This document shows, piece by piece, positions 8,105-14,493 of a stretch of DNA of 45,653 nucleotides. The stretch is from assembly GCA_964524735.1 (NCBI GenBank), contig CAZGCV010000004.1:1-45653 (forward strand), in the 5' to 3' direction. The first letter of the stretch is position 1, and the number at the start of each line of letters is the position of its first letter. Made by a program: the position numbers and the translations under genes. The notes under the pieces are model-generated. The model did no database searches. It was not told the DNA's origin and worked only from the letters and a program-made list of their open reading frames with translations. Origin of the DNA: an uncultured Candidatus Saccharibacteria bacterium (GTDB lineage Bacteria > Patescibacteriota > Doudnabacteria > UBA920).

Positions 8105-8518
8105 ATGAAATTTTTAAAAACAGCATTATTGATATTTTCTTTGGCAGTGGTAATATTTTTACCGCAACGAGCAATTGCACAACAAAATTCAGGACAAAAA
8201 GCTCAGTGTGATGAATTGCGTCAGCAGTTTCAGAATGCAGGTGGCGGAGAAATTATCGGAACTTTGCCTGAGTTTTGTTCAACAGGTCAAGTTTATAATA
8301 CTTTCTTAAACGCCGCTTTGTATGCAGTTGGGATCGTGGCGGTAATCATGGTAATTTACGGCGGATATCTGTATATGACATCAGGGGCAAATGAAGGACA
8401 GAAGAAGAAAGGAAGAGATATTCTTGTTTGGTCAATAATCGGTCTGGCTGTTGTGCTAACAGCTGCAGTAATCGTAAATGTAGTAATTCGCGCAATTGTT
8501 GAAAACCGGTTTGTATAA
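8105..8518 (+). CDS. VirB2/TrbC-like pilin paralog D
   Basis: Signal peptide (..RAIA-QQ), Cys-pair N-domain, and C-module YGGYLYMTSGANEGQKKKGRDILVWSIIGLAVV. Confidence 0.65.
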   Translation: MKFLKTALLIFSLAVVIFLPQRAIAQQNSGQKAQCDELRQQFQNAGGGEIIGTLPEFCSTGQVYNTFLNAALYAVGIVAVIMVIYGGYLYMTSGANEGQKKKGRDILVWSIIGLAVVLTAAVIVNVVIRAIVENRFV

Positions 8519-8582
8519 TTCGCTGTTTATCAGTAGAATATAAACAGTTCTATTATAAGTTCTATCTTATACCCGAAAGGCG

Positions 8583-9014
8583 GTGAAAAACTTGAAACAA
8601 ACTTTACAAAAACTAAACTGGTTGAACGTTGTACAATTCGCTCTAATTATGGTGGTAGCTTTAGCTCCAATCGTAGTTCCTCGTGTTGCTGATGCTCAAC
8701 TGGTTAATCAATTCGTAAACAACTGTCCTGCCGATACCGGCGTTCGTTGTTCTGAAGGCAGTATTGCTTCTATTTTCCGCCTGATTATTAACTGGGCATT
8801 AGCAATCTCCTTCATCGTAGCAGTTATTATGCTTATTATCGGTGGATTTAGATATATTACTTCTGCTGGTAACGCTAGTACTGCTGAAGCAGGAAAGAAT
8901 ACAATCGTTAATGCCTTAATTGGTATCGTAATCATTGTTCTTTCTTACATCATCGTTCAAATCGTTTACCGTTTCGTATCTGGTCAAGGTGCTGGCGGTA
9001 TTATGGGACCGTAA
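8583..9014 (+). CDS. VirB2/TrbC-like pilin paralog E (GTG start)
   Basis: Signal peptide (..VADA-QL), CPADTGVRC, and C-module IGGFRYITSAGNASTAEAGKNTIVNALIGIVIIVLSYIIVQIV. Confidence 0.65.
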   Translation: MKNLKQTLQKLNWLNVVQFALIMVVALAPIVVPRVADAQLVNQFVNNCPADTGVRCSEGSIASIFRLIINWALAISFIVAVIMLIIGGFRYITSAGNASTAEAGKNTIVNALIGIVIIVLSYIIVQIVYRFVSGQGAGGIMGP

Positions 9015-9037
9015 AGTTTCTCCCGCACTCTGTGCGG

Positions 9038-9087
9038 GATAACTCCGGCCGCAAAATTATCCTATGAATTTTGCCTCCGGAATTATC
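9038..9087. repeat. 50-nt near-perfect inverted repeat (about 19 bp of pairing) between paralogs E and F
   Basis: GATAACTCCGG-CC-GCAAAATT / AATTTTGC-CT-CCGGAATTATC. It is preceded by a separate hairpin, CCCGCAC-TCT-GTGCGGG, at 9022-9038. Confidence 0.7.
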
Positions 9088-9095
9088 TAAAGTAT

Positions 9096-9500
9096 ATGAA
9101 ACTAAAAACAATTTTACTTACACTCGCTGGCGTTATTTTTTCTTTTGGAATTTTGATGCCAAGCTCTATTCCTGCAATGGCACAGCCAAGTGGAAGCGGG
9201 GATGCAGCTCAGCAAGGACTTGATGCAATAGGTGGCGCATTTCCTCAAGGCGCTCGCCAGGCAAACTATGATATTCAATCAGTAACAAAGAGAGTAATTG
9301 ACTGGGCTTTGTACATAGCTGCTATTGTTGCTGTAATTTACATTATTATCGGCGGATATTTTTACATTACTTCTGCTGGAAACGCCACACAAGCAGGAAA
9401 AGGAAAATCAACTTTGGTGAATGCATTAATTGGTTTAACTTTAATTATTCTTTCTTACGTAATAGTACAGATTGTGTACAATTTCTTAACAAGACCATAA
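9096..9500 (+). CDS. VirB2/TrbC-like pilin paralog F
   Basis: Signal peptide (..PAMA-QP) and C-module IGGYFYITSAGNATQAGKGKSTLVNALIGLTLIILSYVIVQIV. Confidence 0.65.
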   Translation: MKLKTILLTLAGVIFSFGILMPSSIPAMAQPSGSGDAAQQGLDAIGGAFPQGARQANYDIQSVTKRVIDWALYIAAIVAVIYIIIGGYFYITSAGNATQAGKGKSTLVNALIGLTLIILSYVIVQIVYNFLTRP

Positions 9501-9517
9501 TTCACACATTTAGAATC

Positions 9518-10366
9518 GTGTTTAATTTAGCTCTAAAAATTACAAATTTTTCAATCGCCATGCTCGTACTAGCGAGCGCGGCGTTTTTCGTGATGCCTGC
9601 AAGAGAAGATGTCATGGCTCAGAGTGGTAATATGGTTAGTTTTTGTTTTAATTCAAGTACCGGTGAGTTTATGAGACCTCATCAAGCAACAGCTTCTTGT
9701 CCCTCAGATTCTTCTATAACACAAGCACCAAGATCAAACATGGGTTTTTGTGTAGATCGGGGCTCTGGTGGAGGTTATGTTGCTCTTTCTCCATCAATGT
9801 CTAACGGCCAACCTAAATTAAACCAAGCTGGAACTAAGTGTTTAGACGATAATAACGAAGAAATGGGTAACTACCGTTCTTTTACAAGCATTACTCAAAC
9901 TTATACACCACCTGGCACAAATCCAGGAACAACTCCTGGAACCAACACTAATACAACACCTGGAACAGGTATAAATCCAGGTACAAATACAAATCCAGGA
10001 ACAACTCCTGGAACCAACACGGGGGGTACAACTCCAACGCCTCCAACTGGTGGTTGTGAGACTGGCTTTCATAAAGTAGGGCCTTTGTGTGTACCAAATA
10101 GTCCATTCAACAACGGACAGGCGATTACAGGAGAACAAACCCTTGGCGGCTTGGCAACTAGAATTATTAGCTGGCTTCTATATTTTGCTGGAGTTGTAGC
10201 TGTATTTATGGCGATCATTGGCGGTTATCAGGTAATGACAGCAGCTGGCAATGCTACTCAAGCTTCAAACGGCCGCAAGACTTTAACTAATGCGATTATT
10301 GGCCTGGTTATAATAATTTTGTCTTATGTAATTATTCAGGCAGTTATCCGTTTTGTAGTAAATTAG
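9518..10366 (+). CDS. Pilin-like paralog G with a Cys-rich N-domain and PGT-rich repeat linker (GTG start)
   Basis: Signal peptide, about 8 Cys, PGTNPGTTPGTNTNTTPGTGINPGTNTNPGTTPGTN, then IGGYQVMTAAGNATQASNGRKTLTNAIIGLVIIILSYVIIQAV. Confidence 0.6.
   Translation: MFNLALKITNFSIAMLVLASAAFFVMPAREDVMAQSGNMVSFCFNSSTGEFMRPHQATASCPSDSSITQAPRSNMGFCVDRGSGGGYVALSPSMSNGQPKLNQAGTKCLDDNNEEMGNYRSFTSITQTYTPPGTNPGTTPGTNTNTTPGTGINPGTNTNPGTTPGTNTGGTTPTPPTGGCETGFHKVGPLCVPNSPFNNGQAITGEQTLGGLATRIISWLLYFAGVVAVFMAIIGGYQVMTAAGNATQASNGRKTLTNAIIGLVIIILSYVIIQAVIRFVVN
9917..10020 (+). repeat. Perfect 32-nt direct repeat, two copies 72 nt apart, inside paralog G
   Basis: ACAAATCCAGGAACAACTCCTGGAACCAACAC occurs at 9917-9948 and 9989-10020. 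It encodes the (T)NPGTTPGTNT units. Confidence 0.9.
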
Positions 10367-10400
10367 CCCTTTTCAAATTCATAGAAATATCTTATAATTG

Positions 10401-10429
10401 ATAACTAGAGGTAACTCTAGTTATTTTTT
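10401..10429 (+). terminator. Rho-independent terminator closing the pilin-like array
   Basis: ATAACTAGAG-GTAA-CTCTAGTTAT (10 bp perfect) followed by TTTTTT. Confidence 0.8.
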
Positions 10430-10473
10430 CAAAGTTCGCGCGTACTAAATATTAGGTAGCGCAAGCAAAATAC

Positions 10474-10560
10474 GCCGGGGTGGCGAAATTGGCAGACGCA
10501 CCAGCCTTAGGAGCTGGCGGGAGCAATCCCGTGGAGGTTCAAGTCCTCTCCCCGGCACCA
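10474..10560 (+). tRNA. tRNA-Leu(UAG), class II with long variable arm, CCA encoded
   Basis: Acceptor GCCGGGG/CCCCGGC, anticodon arm CCAGC-CUUAGGA-GCUGG, variable arm CGGGAGCAAUCCCGU, T-loop UUCAAGU. Confidence 0.9.
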
Positions 10561-10588
10561 CGAAGTGACATTCTATTAAATTTATTTC

Positions 10589-12490
10589 ATGGGTAAAATC
10601 ATCAAAAATATTATTCTCGTTTTAATCGGTTTCTTGATTCTTTCCGTTGTTGTGGCTGCATTTACAAATAACACCGAAATTAAAACTGTCCCACTTTCCG
10701 AAGTAACCACACTTTTAAATGAAGATAAAGTAGAGAGTCTCGAAGTTAGCTCTTCTACACTAGTAGCAAAACTTAAAGACAGCGATACAGAATTAAAATC
10801 CAATATTGGCGCCCGTACTGAAATTCCTCAGTACTTCATTGACAGTGGTGTCAGCACAGAACGCATCAGTTCTGTAAAAATTGAATTTAAAACTCCAAGC
10901 ACTGCATCACAAATTGCAGGTGCTATTTTGCCATTCCTGATTCCTTTCGTGCTAATTGCTTTGTTCATCTACTTCTTGATGCGTCAGGTACAAGGTTCAA
11001 ACAATCGAGCATTAACTTTCGGACAAAGTTCAGTAAAGTTAAGCGATGATCAAAAAAATAAAGTTCGTTTTGCAGATGTAGCTGGTGCAAAAGAAGCAAA
11101 GGAAGAACTTTCAGAAGTTGTTCAATTTTTACGCTACCCTCAAAAGTTTTTAGCGCTTGGCGCAAAAATTCCAAAAGGTGTTTTGTTACTAGGAAGTCCT
11201 GGTGTTGGTAAAACAATGCTTGCTCGTGCTGTAGCTGGAGAAGCAAATGTTCCTTTCTTCCATATTTCAGGTTCTGAATTCGTGGAAATGTTTGTAGGTG
11301 TTGGTGCCTCTCGTGTGCGTGACTTGTTTAAAAAAGCAAAGCGTAATGCTCCTTGTATTGTTTTCATAGATGAAATTGATGCAGTAGGTCGTCAGCGCGG
11401 TGCTGGCCTTGGTGGTGGTCATGATGAACGCGAACAAACTTTAAACCAAATTCTTGTAGAGATGGATGGTTTTGAAACTGATACAAACGTAATTGTTGTA
11501 GCAGCAACAAACCGCCCGGATGTACTTGATCCCGCTCTTCTTCGTCCAGGTCGTTTTGACCGTCAGGTTGTTCTGGATTTACCAGACATAAACGACCGCG
11601 AAGCGATTCTAAAAGTTCACTCTAGCAATAAGCCGTTAACTAAGAATGTTGATCTTCGCAAAATCGCAGAACGAACTCCTGGTTTCTCTGGTGCAGACTT
11701 AGCTAACTTGGTTAATGAAGGTGCTATTTTAGCAGCCCGACAAGACAAAAAAGAAATTGGTACAGACGATTTGAAAGAAGCGATTGAAAAGGTAATCATG
11801 GGGCCTGCTCGTAAGGGCCATGTAATTTCCGATAAAGAAAAGAAAATTACTGCATATCATGAAGGCGGTCATGCTCTAGTTGGAGCGGTAATGCCAGAAG
11901 CTGATCCTGTTCATAAAGTTACAATTTTGTCTCGCGGTCGTGCTGGCGGTTACACCTTGAACCTTCCGACTGAAGATAAACACTATCATAGTAAATCTGG
12001 TTTCCTAGATCAGATCGCAATGATGCTTGGTGGTTATACTGCAGAAAAACTCGTGTTCAACGAAATTACTACAGGTGCTAGCAATGACTTAGAAAAGGCA
12101 ACAAAGCTTGCACGTAGGCTGGTAACTCAATATGGTATGAGTGATGAAATTGGTCCAGTGGTGCTTGGTGAAAATCACTCAAACGTTTTCTTGGGTCGCG
12201 ATATTGGCGAACAAAAGAATTATAGTGAAGCTATAGCTGAAAAGATTGATGCTGAGGTTCGACGCATCTTGGTAGATGCAGAAGCTCGTGCTGCTGAAGC
12301 AATTTCTAAGTACCGAAACTATCTGGATGTAATTGCCGAACGCTTGCTAAAAGAAGAAACTTTGGAACAAAAGGAATTCACTGAAATTGTTAAAGATATT
12401 ATTCCCGCAAATAAAAAACAATTAACTGAATTTGAAAACCTAGACGCTGAGCTTTCTGATGCTGCTCCTGCAGAATCAGCTGCCGCTTAA
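10589..12490 (+). CDS. ftsH: ATP-dependent zinc metalloprotease FtsH
   Basis: Two TM segments, Walker A GSPGVGKT, Walker [33 protein letters not shown], and zinc site HEGGH. Confidence 0.95.
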   Translation: MGKIIKNIILVLIGFLILSVVVAAFTNNTEIKTVPLSEVTTLLNEDKVESLEVSSSTLVAKLKDSDTELKSNIGARTEIPQYFIDSGVSTERISSVKIEFKTPSTASQIAGAILPFLIPFVLIALFIYFLMRQVQGSNNRALTFGQSSVKLSDDQKNKVRFADVAGAKEAKEELSEVVQFLRYPQKFLALGAKIPKGVLLLGSPGVGKTMLARAVAGEANVPFFHISGSEFVEMFVGVGASRVRDLFKKAKRNAPCIVFIDEIDAVGRQRGAGLGGGHDEREQTLNQILVEMDGFETDTNVIVVAATNRPDVLDPALLRPGRFDRQVVLDLPDINDREAILKVHSSNKPLTKNVDLRKIAERTPGFSGADLANLVNEGAILAARQDKKEIGTDDLKEAIEKVIMGPARKGHVISDKEKKITAYHEGGHALVGAVMPEADPVHKVTILSRGRAGGYTLNLPTEDKHYHSKSGFLDQIAMMLGGYTAEKLVFNEITTGASNDLEKATKLARRLVTQYGMSDEIGPVVLGENHSNVFLGRDIGEQKNYSEAIAEKIDAEVRRILVDAEARAAEAISKYRNYLDVIAERLLKEETLEQKEFTEIVKDIIPANKKQLTEFENLDAELSDAAPAESAAA

Positions 12491-12506
12491 AACTACAGTT
12501 TAATTA

Positions 12507-13400
12507 GTGATTACGCAAATGCGTTACACAAAAATCCTCCGAACCGCATATCAAATTACCATAAACAATCCAGTGTTGTGGTTACTTGGTCTGTTCCTGT
12601 TCGGGGGATTTAATTTTTATTTGCTTTCATTTTTTGCATCTTTAACAGGCGATAGTCTGTCTTCTTTTTTGATTATCATTAATGATGCTTTTGCGCTTCT
12701 TCCTGGGAATTTTATAGTAACAATTATTGTTGTATCTATCTTGTTCGTAGTATTTAACGCAGTAAAAGTTTTGTTTATTGTATATGCGCATCAATATTTG
12801 CATATAAGTAAAGCAAAAGAATGTTTGTTATGCGTTGTAAATGAAGACAGATCTTTCCCTGTATTTTCATGGCTATGGAAAGCGCTGGCAGCTAGTTTAA
12901 TTACAATTATAGTTAATTTTATTTTTGTTCTGATAATTGCAGCGTTGCCTGCAAAATTTAGCGCGTACGGAAACATCGCTATGTATACAAATATCTTTTT
13001 GGTTACTTTAGCAGCAACAGTGACTGGGGCGTGGAATATGTTTACTAATTACTTTGTTATTCTGCATAATTTGAATTTTCGAAATGCTGCAGGTAGTGCT
13101 TTGGATTTGCTGATTGAAAAATTTAGAAATGTTCTCGAATTTATTTTAATTTTAGGAATAGTTTATGCACTTTGTGCTATGATCGGCAATGTAATGATAA
13201 ATATTTGGAGAACAGGCTATTTAGGCGTGGAAACTTTGTATGTTAAAACTATTTTTGCAGGTTTGTTTGTGATTTGGTTTGCATTAACAAATACATTTTT
13301 TGCTGCAGCTATGCTTGTCTTTTTTGACCATTTAATTAAAGCTGTTACTTCAAATAAAACTGCTAAGAATAGACAATTGCCTGTAAATGTATTAAACTAG
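12507..13400 (+). CDS. Polytopic membrane protein, unknown function
   Basis: About 7 hydrophobic segments and no recognisable motif. GTG start at 12507, or ATG at 12519. Confidence 0.4.
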   Translation: MITQMRYTKILRTAYQITINNPVLWLLGLFLFGGFNFYLLSFFASLTGDSLSSFLIIINDAFALLPGNFIVTIIVVSILFVVFNAVKVLFIVYAHQYLHISKAKECLLCVVNEDRSFPVFSWLWKALAASLITIIVNFIFVLIIAALPAKFSAYGNIAMYTNIFLVTLAATVTGAWNMFTNYFVILHNLNFRNAAGSALDLLIEKFRNVLEFILILGIVYALCAMIGNVMINIWRTGYLGVETLYVKTIFAGLFVIWFALTNTFFAAAMLVFFDHLIKAVTSNKTAKNRQLPVNVLN

Positions 13401-13410
13401 GATAGTTTTA

Positions 13411-13486
13411 GGACGGTTAGCTCACTTGGTAGAGCGTCCCCTTGACGTGGGGAAGGTAACAGGTTCGATTCCTGTACCGTCCACCA
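13411..13486 (+). tRNA. tRNA-Val(GAC), CCA encoded
   Basis: Acceptor GGACGGU/ACCGUCC, anticodon arm UCCCC-UUGACGU-GGGGA, T-loop UUCGAUU. Confidence 0.9.
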
Positions 13487-13611
13487 TTTAACGCATTATT
13501 TGCGTGTAATTAACTACAAGAGTTAAGAACTTTGCATGAATATATTCATTCATGGTTCGTGATTCTTGGCAAAAAGGACCGGTCTAAAGAAATTAGCTCC
13601 GGCAAAACAAT

Positions 13612-14307
13612 ATGCCAAATGTAACCTCATCGGATATAAAGCAGATTATCGGTTATACGCCGAATAATTTGGATTTATACATCTCCAGTTTTACTCACCG
13701 TTCTTACTTAAATGAGAATAGGGATTTTCATTTGCCTCATAACGAGCGTCTCGAATTTTTAGGAGACGCGGTTTTGGAATTGGTCTCAACAGAGTATTTG
13801 TACAAAAATTACGATCATCCAGAAGGTGAACTAACTAACTTTCGCAGCGCACTTGTAAATTACAAGATGCTTTCTGAAATTGCAGCAAGATTGAATTTTG
13901 AAAAGTTTCTGTTAATGTCTCGCGGGGAAGCGAAAGATACTGGCCGCGCGCGCCAAGTGATTTTAGCAAACGCTATTGAAGCGTTCATTGGAGCTTTATA
14001 TATGGACTTAGGATACGAAGCAACACAACAATTCATTGTTAAAGAAATTTTAGTTGAGTTGCCGCAAATTATTTCCGGCGGCACTTATATGGATCCAAAA
14101 TCTAAACTGCAAGAATTGGTTCAGGAAAAGCATGGTATTACGCCGACTTATGGAGTGGTGTCTGAGAGCGGTCCGGATCATGACAAAGTGTTCGTTGTAG
14201 CAGCTTATATGAAAGATAAAGAAATCGGTCGCGGCGAGGGTCCTAGCAAGCAGGAAGGTGAAGTATCTGCTGCTGAGCATGCTTTGAAAACAATCGAAGG
14301 TAAATAG
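13612..14307 (+). CDS. rnc: Ribonuclease III
   Basis: Signature ERLEFLGDAVLE and a C-terminal dsRBD (DPKSKLQE...GPDHDKVF...G.G.SKQEGE..AA). Confidence 0.9.
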   Translation: MPNVTSSDIKQIIGYTPNNLDLYISSFTHRSYLNENRDFHLPHNERLEFLGDAVLELVSTEYLYKNYDHPEGELTNFRSALVNYKMLSEIAARLNFEKFLLMSRGEAKDTGRARQVILANAIEAFIGALYMDLGYEATQQFIVKEILVELPQIISGGTYMDPKSKLQELVQEKHGITPTYGVVSESGPDHDKVFVVAAYMKDKEIGRGEGPSKQEGEVSAAEHALKTIEGK

Positions 14308-14433
14308 TTGATTAGATTTTTATAAAACTATTTGAAATGGGGATAACTGGCGTTGATGCGAACCATGCTGCGTGATATATTTAAGTCACGAGAATAATTC
14401 TCCGAGTAACCAAACAAAGACAAAGTACAAAAA

Positions 14434-14464
14434 CGACTTCCTCATAAAGTGGAAGCCGTTTTTG
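14434..14464 (+). terminator. Hairpin plus T-run after a roughly 125-nt rnc 3' region
   Basis: CG-A-CTTCC..GGAAG-C-CG followed by TTTTTG. Confidence 0.5.
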
Positions 14465-14474
14465 TTTTCTCTTA

Positions 14475-14483
14475 TGGTATAAT
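14475..14483 (+). promoter_or_regulatory. Extended -10 promoter TGgTATAAT for smc (leader about 4 nt)
   Basis: TATAAT at 14478-14483 and the ATG at 14494. Confidence 0.45.
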
Positions 14484-14493
14484 TACATAAGTT

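Noticed and set aside
9890-10030. The PGT-coding direct repeats as a CRISPR array or other spacer-repeat element
   Set aside because: There are only two copies. They are in frame inside a continuous ORF, the repeat is not palindromic, and there are no cas genes.
14308-14433. A small RNA in the roughly 125-nt rnc 3' region
   Set aside because: It contains only short hairpins (CGUGAU..GUCACG and GAGAA-UAA-UUCUC). It has no promoter of its own and no family hallmark. It is more simply a 3' UTR ending at the 14434-14464 terminator.
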